DNA of 32,000 nucleotides from Synechococcus elongatus PCC 6301 (GTDB lineage: Bacteria > Cyanobacteriota > Cyanobacteriia > Synechococcales > Synechococcaceae), in contig NC_006576.1 in the NCBI RefSeq assembly GCF_000010065.1, positions 1,050,001 through 1,082,000 of the forward strand, read 5' to 3'. Shown here one piece after another: positions 17,766 to 25,224 of this stretch (positions are counted from its first letter, which is position 1; each line of letters opens with the position of its first letter). The position numbers were made by a program, and so were the translations under genes. The notes below the pieces were generated by a model, which saw only the letters and a program-made list of their open reading frames with translations, was not told the DNA's origin and did no database searches.

Positions 17766-19001
17766 TGCTTCAACAAGAGCCACTCCACCGCCTATGGCTA
17801 CGTCACCTTCCAGACGGCTTACCTCAAGGCCAACTTTCCTGTCGAATACATGGCGGCGCTGCTGACCGTCAACAGTGGCAATGCCGACAAGGTGCAGAAA
17901 TACATCGCTAACTGCGCGGCCATGGGGATCGAAGTCCTGCCGCCAGACATTAACCGTTCGGGCGTGGACTTTACCCCCACCGGCGATCGCATTCTGTTCG
18001 GCCTTTCGGCAATTCGCAACTTGGGTTTGGGCGCGATCGAGTCGATTTTGGCGGCCCGAGACGTAGGCGGCCCATTTCTATCGCTGGCGGATCTCTGCGA
18101 TCGCGTAGATACGGGGTCGCTCAACCGCCGCGCTATGGAATCTTTGATTCACGCCGGCGCCCTCGATGTCCTAGAAACCGGGGCCAACCGTCAGCAGCTC
18201 GTCGCTGATCTCCCACTAGTTATCGATTGGGCCAACAGCCGAGCCAAGGACCGCGCCAGTGGCCAAGGCAATTTGTTCGACATGCTGGGCAGTAACGACA
18301 GCAACAGCAGCCCGCTGGACACCGCGCCTAAAGCGCCTGCCGTTCCCGACTATTCCCCCGACGAAAAGCTCAAGCTGGAAAAAGAGCTGCTGGGTTTTTA
18401 TCTCTCCGATCATCCACTCAAAGTGGTGCAAGAACCGGCGCGACTCCTCGCCCCCGCCAGCATTAGTGACTTAGAAGACTACTGCGATCGCGGTCTGATC
18501 AGCACGATCGCTCTACTAACAGAAGTCAAACCCGTCGTCACCAAAAAGGGCGATCGCATGGCGATTTTGCGGATCGAAGACCTGAGCGGCAACACCGAAG
18601 CCGTCGTCTTCCCGCGCAGCTACGAACGCATTGGCCACTACATCGAAGCGGATGCCCGCTTGATGCTTTGGGGCAAGGTCGATCGCCGCGACGACCAAGT
18701 GCAATTCATCATCGAAGATGCCGAGCCGATCGACCATGTCCGCCTCGTCTTGGTTGAACTGAGCGTCGAGCAAGCCAGCGACATCGTCCAGCAGCAACGC
18801 CTCAAGGAACTGCTGTTGCAGCAGAAACGCGAAGAGGAGCGATCGAAGGTGCCTGTCGTCGCAGTGATTCAAGCCGGCAGCGATCGCTACTTCGTCCGCT
18901 TGGGCGCCCAATTCCGCGTTGAGGATCCAGAGGAGGCTGTGGAAGCACTGCAAGCCGCTGATTTTCAAGCCCGCGCCGAAGCCCTCTTGTCGCCAGCCTA
19001 G
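17658..19001 (+). CDS. dnaE: DNA polymerase III alpha subunit, C-terminal fragment preceded by split-intein C-half (DnaE-C)
   Basis: Starts (GTG) MVKIVRRRSLGVQPVYDLGVATVHNFVLANGLVASN|CFNKSHSTAYGY. This is the classic cyanobacterial DnaE IntC ending in ...ASN, followed by the CFNK extein. The rest is the Pol III alpha fingers/OB C-terminal region. Confidence 0.95.
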   Translation: MVKIVRRRSLGVQPVYDLGVATVHNFVLANGLVASNCFNKSHSTAYGYVTFQTAYLKANFPVEYMAALLTVNSGNADKVQKYIANCAAMGIEVLPPDINRSGVDFTPTGDRILFGLSAIRNLGLGAIESILAARDVGGPFLSLADLCDRVDTGSLNRRAMESLIHAGALDVLETGANRQQLVADLPLVIDWANSRAKDRASGQGNLFDMLGSNDSNSSPLDTAPKAPAVPDYSPDEKLKLEKELLGFYLSDHPLKVVQEPARLLAPASISDLEDYCDRGLISTIALLTEVKPVVTKKGDRMAILRIEDLSGNTEAVVFPRSYERIGHYIEADARLMLWGKVDRRDDQVQFIIEDAEPIDHVRLVLVELSVEQASDIVQQQRLKELLLQQKREEERSKVPVVAVIQAGSDRYFVRLGAQFRVEDPEEAVEALQAADFQARAEALLSPA

Positions 19002-19032
19002 GCCAACCACCCCACACAGCGATCGCGGTTGA

Positions 19033-19066
19033 CCCTCAGAGAGCCATTTCTGGGGGTTTCTTGTTT
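19033..19066 (+). terminator. intrinsic terminator after dnaE-C
   Basis: CCCTCAGA-GAGCCATT-TCTGGGGG forms an 8-bp stem with one G.U pair, followed by TTTCTTGTTT. It lies 32 nt after the stop. Confidence 0.6.
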
Positions 19067-19146
19067 AGTATCCCAAACTACTAAATGCAACAAAGACTGT
19101 CATCTACTTAACAGTTCTTTGAAGCAAAAAGGCTGAATTTTCTCCT

Positions 19147-19167
19147 TTTAGAGAAACTTTAGAAAAA
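19147..19167 (+). promoter_or_regulatory. 11-bp-phased direct repeat TTTAGAGAAA / TTTAGAAAAA upstream of sigma-factor promoter
   Basis: Two 10-mers identical at 9/10 positions start at 19147 and 19158. They lie inside an A/T-rich tract, just upstream of the candidate -35. Each half resembles an HLR1 half-site (TTTACA) with a C-to-G change. Confidence 0.35.
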
Positions 19168-19173
19168 TCGCTG

Positions 19174-19201
19174 TTGTCCTTTCTGCGATCGGTGCTATAG
19201 T
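19174..19201 (+). promoter_or_regulatory. candidate extended -10 promoter of the sigma-factor gene
   Basis: TTGTCC (19174-19179), a 16-nt spacer, then TGcTATAGT (19193-19201). The ATG is at 19226. Confidence 0.4.
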
Positions 19202-19225
19202 CTCCGCAAAACTCAGCGAGCGGCC

Positions 19226-20161
19226 ATGAACGTACAGGAACGCCGAAACCTGAACGCAGCGGTTGAGCGACACACCAGTGATCATGTCAGCTGGTATCTC
19301 AGTTCAATCGGTAGAATTCCGCTCCTCACTGCCGAGGAAGAGGTTGAACTCTCACGCAAGGTTCAACTGATGATGGCATTGTTGGAAAACCCAGATGCCG
19401 AGAGCAATTCAGAGAACCAAGCGGTCTTACAGGCCGGTCAAAGAGCGAAAACAAAAATGCTCAAAGCCAACCTCCGGTTGGTTGTGAGTGTTGCGAAGAA
19501 ATACCAGAATCAAGGCCTAGAACTACTCGACTTGATCCAAGAAGGGTCACTTGGTTTAGAGCGAGCAGTTGAAAAATTTGACCCAGCCTTGGGTTATAAA
19601 TTCTCGACCTACGCTTACTGGTGGATTCGCCAAAGCATGACTCGGGCGATCGACAATCATGCCCGCACGATTCGTCTTCCCATTCATGTCAGCGAGAAAA
19701 TTAGCCGCATCAAAAAAATGACGCGAGAGCTGACTCATCAGCTCAAGCGATTGCCCAGCCGTGCCGAAATCGCTGAGGCGTTAAAGTTGCCGCTTCAAGA
19801 TGTAGAAATGCTGCTCAGCCAATCGACCCCCTGCACCAGCTTGGATGCCCAAGCACGGGGCGACGATGGCCGCAGCTTCTTGGGAGACTTGATTCCGGAT
19901 CCCAAGAGTCTAGAGCCGATGGACGCCATGGATCGCCACATCCAGCACGAGCAAATCTCGACTTGGTTGGCACACCTGACCGAACGTGAGCAGCAGGTCT
20001 TGCAACTGCGCTTTGGTCTCCACGACGGCGAGCAACACACCTTGGCGGAAATTGGTCGGCGGCTGAATGTGTCCCGCGAACGGATTCGTCAAGTTGAAGC
20101 TCGGGCACTGCAAAAACTGCGGGTCTTGAGTCAACAACCGCTTTGCCCAGAGGCTTGCTAG
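19226..20161 (+). CDS. RNA polymerase sigma factor, group 2 (RpoD/SigA-like, non-essential class)
   Basis: Region 2 is VAKKYQNQGLELLDLIQEGSLGLERAVEKFDPALGYKFSTYAYWWIRQSMTRAI. Region 3 is TIRLPIHV. Region 4.2 is HTLAEIGRRLNVSRERIRQVEARALQKLR. The short N-terminus lacks region 1.1, which fits group 2. It could be the high-light sigma factor rpoD3 of S. elongatus, judged from my memory of gene order, which I cannot verify here. Confidence 0.95.
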   Translation: MNVQERRNLNAAVERHTSDHVSWYLSSIGRIPLLTAEEEVELSRKVQLMMALLENPDAESNSENQAVLQAGQRAKTKMLKANLRLVVSVAKKYQNQGLELLDLIQEGSLGLERAVEKFDPALGYKFSTYAYWWIRQSMTRAIDNHARTIRLPIHVSEKISRIKKMTRELTHQLKRLPSRAEIAEALKLPLQDVEMLLSQSTPCTSLDAQARGDDGRSFLGDLIPDPKSLEPMDAMDRHIQHEQISTWLAHLTEREQQVLQLRFGLHDGEQHTLAEIGRRLNVSRERIRQVEARALQKLRVLSQQPLCPEAC

Positions 20162-20191
20162 GCTAGCTCCGGTTGCTGGGGCTAAACCGAC

Positions 20192-21508
20192 GTGATCCTG
20201 TCTCTTGTCTTGCCTGAGAGCGATCGCTACTGTCTGCAGCAAGCGCGGGTTCCACAAGCAGTCCTCACTGACTGGAGCAGCCTCGGTCAACCCGATTGGG
20301 AAGGTAACTTTCTGATCGATCTTGAGATCGACAGGGGCAAGATTTGTGCGATCGCCCCCACCCAGTCCAGCGCTGGCAACGTCGCCAGTCTGGATTTACA
20401 GGGTCGGCAACTCTGGCCCGGATTTGTCGATATCCACACCCACATCGATAAAGGACATATCTGGCCGCGCAGTCCCAATCCTGACGGCAGTTTTGATGGC
20501 GCTTTGACGACGGCGATCGCGGATTCTCAAACCCACTGGAATTCCGATGAGTTGCTGGTGCGGATGGAATTTAGCCTGCGCTGTGCCTACGCCCACGGCA
20601 CGGTCGCGCTACGCACCCATCTCGATTCTGCAGGTGATTTGGCAGCCCAGGGCTTCACTGTTTTTCAGGAATTACGGGAACGCTGGCGCGATCGCCTGAC
20701 GCTCCAAGCCGCTTCGCTAGTCTCCCTCGATCACTATCAGGGGGTAGCAGGAGAGCGGCTCGCCGATTTGGTAGCGGCAGCAGGCGGTCTACTCGGTGGA
20801 GTAACTTTTCCGTCGCCAGCCTTGGATGAGCAACTCGATCGCCTGCTGGATCTTGCCCGCGATCGCCAGCTCGATCTGGATTTGCATGTGGATGAAAGCC
20901 TCAATCCAAGCGATCGCACTCTGCTGCAGGTAGCTGCTGCCGTCCAACGCAACGGCTTCACCGGTAAAGTGCTCTGCGGCCACTGTTGTAGCTTGTCCGT
21001 ACAACCCGAGGCAGACTTACCGATTCAGTTACAGGCAGTGCAAGCGGCGGGACTGGGGATTGTCTCACTACCGCTCTGCAATTCCTACCTACAGGATCGG
21101 CAGGCCGGTCGGACGCCACGATTGCGCGGTATTGCCCCAGTTCAAGAAATCCAAGCGGCAGGGATTCCCACCTTCCTCTCCAGCGACAACAGCCGCGATC
21201 CCTTCTATGCTTACGGCGATTTGGACATGGTCGAAGTCTTTCGAGAGTCGGTGCGAATTGGGCAGCTCGATCATCCTGGGTCACCTTGGCCTGCTGCCGT
21301 CACCCGTACGCCGGCGGATTGGATAGGACTGCCAGATCAAGGCCGGATTGCGATCGGGGCGCGGGCTGATTTCGTGATTTTTAACGCCCGTTCTTTCACA
21401 GAACTGCTGGCTCGCCCCCAAAGCGATCGCCTGATTGTGCGCAATGGCCGCGCGATCGCGCCGGAACTGCCTGACTATGCTGAATTAGATGCAATCTTGG
21501 CGCAGTAG
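20192..21508 (+). CDS. amidohydrolase-superfamily protein, cytosine deaminase-like
   Basis: Metal ligand motifs are VDIHTHIDKGH (HxH), DLHVDE, CGHCCS and SSDNSRDPF. The length and N-terminal beta-sandwich (IDLEIDRGKICAI) resemble CodA. The start is GTG and the substrate is unknown. Confidence 0.8.
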   Translation: MILSLVLPESDRYCLQQARVPQAVLTDWSSLGQPDWEGNFLIDLEIDRGKICAIAPTQSSAGNVASLDLQGRQLWPGFVDIHTHIDKGHIWPRSPNPDGSFDGALTTAIADSQTHWNSDELLVRMEFSLRCAYAHGTVALRTHLDSAGDLAAQGFTVFQELRERWRDRLTLQAASLVSLDHYQGVAGERLADLVAAAGGLLGGVTFPSPALDEQLDRLLDLARDRQLDLDLHVDESLNPSDRTLLQVAAAVQRNGFTGKVLCGHCCSLSVQPEADLPIQLQAVQAAGLGIVSLPLCNSYLQDRQAGRTPRLRGIAPVQEIQAAGIPTFLSSDNSRDPFYAYGDLDMVEVFRESVRIGQLDHPGSPWPAAVTRTPADWIGLPDQGRIAIGARADFVIFNARSFTELLARPQSDRLIVRNGRAIAPELPDYAELDAILAQ

Positions 21509-21510
21509 CA

Positions 21511-22860
21511 ATGGTGGATTGGACAGCAGTAGATCTAGCGCTGGCTGACATTGAAAGCGATCGCGATCGGGCGACCTGTCAGCGCCTGTCCTTGGACTAC
21601 GCCCATTTCAGTCCGATCCTCTGGCCACAATTGCAAGATCGGGCCGCCGATCGCGTCCTCTATCCCCGTAGCGAAGCGGATCTATTGGCGATCGCGCGGG
21701 TCTGCGTGCAAGAGCAAATCCCTTTGACGGTGCGCGGTGCAGCCACGGGTAATTACGGACAATGCACGCCGCTCCACGGAGGATTGCTAGTCGATCTCAC
21801 CGCTTTTGATCAAATTGTTTGGCAGCGTGAATCTCGCTTACGAGTTCAGGCGGGCGCAAAACTGGCTGCGATCGATCGCGCCCTGCGTCCGAGTCGGTGG
21901 GAACTCCGCTGGGCACCGTCGACCTACCGCACAGCCACCATCGGTGGGTTCTTTGCAGGCGGCAGCGGTGGCATTGGCTCGATCACCCATGGACAACTGC
22001 GCGATCGCGGCAATCTGTTGGGGGCTAAGGTGCTGACCTTGGAAGCAGAACCGCGCTTTGTCGAGCTACAAGGCGAAGCCGTGCAAGCGATCAACCATGC
22101 CTACGGTTGCACGGGCTTGATCACCGAGCTGGAGATTCCGCTCGCGCCCGCCTACGACTGGCAGGAATGCATGGTCGATTTCCCGAGCTGGGCTGCTGCT
22201 TTGGATTTTGCCCAAGCGATCGCCGAGGCGGATGGCTTGATCAAGAAGATGGTCTGCGTTCTCGCCGACCCGATCCCTAGTTTTTGTAAAGCGCTCAAGG
22301 ATTCTTGGCAAACAGGCGAAAGCGCTGTGTTGCTACTCCTGACAGAGCCGAGTTTAGAAGGGGCGACGGCGATCGCCTCAGAACTGGGAGGCCGGATCAG
22401 TTGGCAGCGATCGCCCCAGGATCAACCGCTGTTCACCTTGATGGAGCAGAGCTGGAATCACACCACCCTCCATGCCCGCAGCGTTGATCCAGTTTGGACC
22501 TATCTGCAAATGTTGCTGCCCTTGGGAGAAGAAGCGCAGTTCATCAGGCACATTCAACAGGACTGGGGCAACAACCTGCTCTGGCATTTGGAATTGATCC
22601 GCAGCCATGGTCAAGTCCGAGTCGCAGCCCTACCCTTGGTGCGCTTTGAAGGGCGCGATCGCCTCCAACAACTCACTGATCAGCTGACCGCAGCCGGCGC
22701 GATCCTATTTGATCCGCATACCTACTGCCTCGAAGACGGCGGCATGAAGCAAATTGATCTTCAGCAGTTGACCTTTAAGGAGCAAGTCGATCCCCAAGGA
22801 CTGTTCAATCCGGGTAAGATGCGTGCCTGGCGCGAGAAGTACGGCGATCGTACGGTCTGA
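21511..22860 (+). CDS. FAD-binding oxidoreductase (PCMH / FAD_binding_4 type)
   Basis: LTVRGAATGNYGQ and the surrounding PCMH-type FAD-binding pattern are present. The gene starts 2 nt after the deaminase-like stop. Confidence 0.8.
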   Translation: MVDWTAVDLALADIESDRDRATCQRLSLDYAHFSPILWPQLQDRAADRVLYPRSEADLLAIARVCVQEQIPLTVRGAATGNYGQCTPLHGGLLVDLTAFDQIVWQRESRLRVQAGAKLAAIDRALRPSRWELRWAPSTYRTATIGGFFAGGSGGIGSITHGQLRDRGNLLGAKVLTLEAEPRFVELQGEAVQAINHAYGCTGLITELEIPLAPAYDWQECMVDFPSWAAALDFAQAIAEADGLIKKMVCVLADPIPSFCKALKDSWQTGESAVLLLLTEPSLEGATAIASELGGRISWQRSPQDQPLFTLMEQSWNHTTLHARSVDPVWTYLQMLLPLGEEAQFIRHIQQDWGNNLLWHLELIRSHGQVRVAALPLVRFEGRDRLQQLTDQLTAAGAILFDPHTYCLEDGGMKQIDLQQLTFKEQVDPQGLFNPGKMRAWREKYGDRTV

Positions 22861-22861
22861 G

Positions 22862-23632
22862 CTAAGCGCGATCGCGCAGCAGCACCTCAACTAGTTCCAG
22901 GAAACCTGCCACTTCCGGTTGCTGACAAAGGTAACGTGGGGGCTGGGGCAGACGATGAAGGTACGGCACTAGATTGGCCACACCGACACTCAGAGGAAAC
23001 TCGGCAAAGAGGCTGGCGTCGTTGGGGCTATCGCCCACGGTCACAATTTGCTCAGGCTGCAACGCAGGAAAAGTTGATTGGCAAACTTGCCAGAGCGATC
23101 GCCCTTTGCTTTGGCCGCGCGGCAGCAAGTGACACTGAACGGCGCTATAGACAAAATCTAACCCTTGCCCCATGGCAATCGCAGCTATTTGGGTCAGGTC
23201 GGCTTCCGTTAGCCCTGTCACATCAAAGGCCCAGTCCGTTTGCCGAAAGGCATTATCAGCCGCTGCTTGCAGCTGGGGCCAATGCTGCTGGATTTGCTGG
23301 AAACACTGCTGCAACTGCTGACGGTGATCGGCGATCGCAGCGATCGGGCTGAGGATAATCGGTGCTTGTTCCGGCCAGCAAATCGCGCCGCCGTTCTCGG
23401 TCATCACGCCTGCCACCGGCAGGTATTGGGCCAAGGCCATGCCCCAACCCACCGATCGCCCCGTGCTGATGAGCACTCTTATTTCAGCCGCTGCCAGCTG
23501 TTCGAAGGCTTCGATCAGAGCCGCAGACAAGCGATCGCTCGCTGTCAGAGTCCCGTCAAGATCGCTGACGATCAAGCGAACGGCACTAAGGTTGGCCTGC
23601 TGGATCGCCTGGGGCACTTGGAACGAGATCAC
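22862..23632 (-). CDS. HAD-IIB (Cof/sucrose-phosphatase-like) hydrolase
   Basis: Motif I is IVSDLDGTL, motif II is STGRS, and motifs III/IV are K...GDSPNDASLF. The GTG start overlaps the upstream FHA gene stop (GTGA). Confidence 0.85.
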   Translation of the reverse strand: MISFQVPQAIQQANLSAVRLIVSDLDGTLTASDRLSAALIEAFEQLAAAEIRVLISTGRSVGWGMALAQYLPVAGVMTENGGAICWPEQAPIILSPIAAIADHRQQLQQCFQQIQQHWPQLQAAADNAFRQTDWAFDVTGLTEADLTQIAAIAMGQGLDFVYSAVQCHLLPRGQSKGRSLWQVCQSTFPALQPEQIVTVGDSPNDASLFAEFPLSVGVANLVPYLHRLPQPPRYLCQQPEVAGFLELVEVLLRDRA

Positions 23633-24291
23633 GCTTCGAATTCAGTGGTGCTATCCGGCGACAGACTCACCGTCGGATCTTGGAGACCGGTCAGGCTACG
23701 GAACTGTGGACTGAGATAGAAGTAGGTAGCTTTGACATCCGCACCAAACAAAATTTGGTCGTAGTGCTTAAGGTCACACTCGGTAATGCTGCGATTGTTG
23801 ACGTAGGTGCCATTGGCACTGCGGCGACTTGTCTCTGGATCTCCGTCGATCAGGCGATAGCGAACCTCACCGTTTTCTGTCAGGAAGCGCACCAACGTGG
23901 CATGCTGCCGTGAGGCATAGATGGAATGGAGGCGGATATCGCAGGAATCAGCCTTACCAATGGTGTAGTGAGATTTATAGAGCTTGAGCTCGGTTGCACC
24001 ACGCGAATCTTCAACAATAAAGACGTGTTCCGGCTGGGCTGGATCTGCCAAGTCGAGGGTCAGCACCTTTTCCAACGTGTTTTGCAGAGAAGCCAAGCTT
24101 CGCAGAGCTGCAGCACTGTTTTGGAGCACTTGTTGGATGATCGTCAGATCACCCGAAACCACCGCCTGCTTTAGTGCATTGAGGGAGGTTCCATAGTCGC
24201 TGGTTTGCTGATCGACCAATTCGAACAGCTCCGAAAGCGCATAGTCGGTATTGCCAACTTTGACTCGAGTATCGAGGCTGATGATCGACAC
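23629..24291 (-). CDS. FHA-domain protein with helical N-terminal domain
   Basis: The C-terminal half reads YTIGKADSCDIRL...SRQHATL...SANGTYVN...L.HYDQILFG, which is the FHA core (G-R/S-x-H...S-x-N-G-T-x-V-N). The start is GTG, preceded by AGGAAA. Confidence 0.85.
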   Translation of the reverse strand: MSIISLDTRVKVGNTDYALSELFELVDQQTSDYGTSLNALKQAVVSGDLTIIQQVLQNSAAALRSLASLQNTLEKVLTLDLADPAQPEHVFIVEDSRGATELKLYKSHYTIGKADSCDIRLHSIYASRQHATLVRFLTENGEVRYRLIDGDPETSRRSANGTYVNNRSITECDLKHYDQILFGADVKATYFYLSPQFRSLTGLQDPTVSLSPDSTTEFEA

Positions 24292-24391
24292 AATAGTTTC
24301 CTAGAACAATAAGTCGGCTCACGAAGTCGGAGTCGTATGGGATATTGTGCCTCCTCCAGTGCCTTCTTGCCTGTCGGGAACCGCAGAAAAT

Positions 24392-25105
24392 TTAGGCTTT
24401 CTGGAGCACAGGGCTGGTCAGTCCACCTTTCACAAGGCGACCATCTTCCATTTCTAAAATGCGATCGGCAATATCTAGGATGCGATTGTCGTGGGTGACC
24501 AGCAGAATCGTGCAGCCCTGCTCTTTCGCAAGCTGCTGCATCAGGTCTACGACATCCCGCCCCGACTGACGATCGAGGGCAGCGGTGGGTTCATCGGCCA
24601 GCACCAGTTTGGGACGGCCCACCAAGGCGCGGGCGATCGCAACCCGTTGCTTTTGACCGCCGGATAAGTTTTCGGGATAGTAGTCGAGATGATCGCCAAG
24701 GCCAACTGCCTCTAGCATTTGATGCGATCGAGCGATGCGTTCATCCCAGTTGAGATCTGCCTGCAGGTCTAAGGTCATCTGCACGTTTTGGCTGGCAGTC
24801 AAGAAGCGGAGAAGATTGTGGGCCTGAAAGATATAGCCAATGTTGCGGCGCACTTCAACGCGCTGGCGCTGACTAGCACCGTGTAACTCTTGGCCCAGAA
24901 CGCTGAGGGTGCCGGCCTGCACCGATCGCAAGCCCCCAATCAGGGTAAGGAGGGTCGTTTTGCCGCAGCCCGAGGGGCCAGTCAGCAGGACAATTTCGCC
25001 TGGGTTAAGGTCAAAGCCGACATCAAACAAGACTTGTTTCTGCAGCGAGTCATGGCCATAGAAATGGTCGAGGTTCCGAATGGAGACCACTGCGTCGCTG
25101 CTCAT
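24392..25105 (-). CDS. ABC transporter ATP-binding protein, DevA family (MacB/LolD-like exporter ATPase)
   Basis: Walker A is GPSGCGKTT, followed by LLTLIGGLRSVQAGTLSVLGQEL and YIFQAHNLL. The signature is LSGGQKQRV and Walker B is LVLADEPT. The protein closely resembles Anabaena DevA as I remember it. The first ATG is at 25105; the track start 25117 is TTG. Confidence 0.9.
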   Translation of the reverse strand: MSSDAVVSIRNLDHFYGHDSLQKQVLFDVGFDLNPGEIVLLTGPSGCGKTTLLTLIGGLRSVQAGTLSVLGQELHGASQRQRVEVRRNIGYIFQAHNLLRFLTASQNVQMTLDLQADLNWDERIARSHQMLEAVGLGDHLDYYPENLSGGQKQRVAIARALVGRPKLVLADEPTAALDRQSGRDVVDLMQQLAKEQGCTILLVTHDNRILDIADRILEMEDGRLVKGGLTSPVLQKA

Positions 25106-25160
25106 GACCTTATCCAAAGAGCTGCCTGCATTTTAGCGGTACTGTTTGGGTCAGTTACCC

Positions 25161-25174
25161 GGGGCGATCGCCCC
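25161..25174. repeat. extended HIP1 palindrome GGGGCGATCGCCCC in the devA-like/uvrB divergent intergenic region
   Basis: Perfect 14-nt palindrome read directly from the sequence. Confidence 0.9.
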
Positions 25175-25224
25175 TGAATTCAGCAGGATTGCTATCTTCA
25201 AGCAACACCGGCAGCCGCATCGCC

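Noticed and set aside
18516-19010. 164-aa ORF antisense to dnaE-C
   Set aside because: It is embedded opposite a conserved Pol III alpha C-terminal region, with no motifs and no independent start context.
25137-25160. LexA/SOS-box-like sequence GGTAC-N11-GTTACC upstream of uvrB
   Set aside because: It does not fit the cyanobacterial RGTAC-N3-DGTWCB spacing, and the inverted arms are unequal (GGTAC vs GGTAAC). It is most likely chance.
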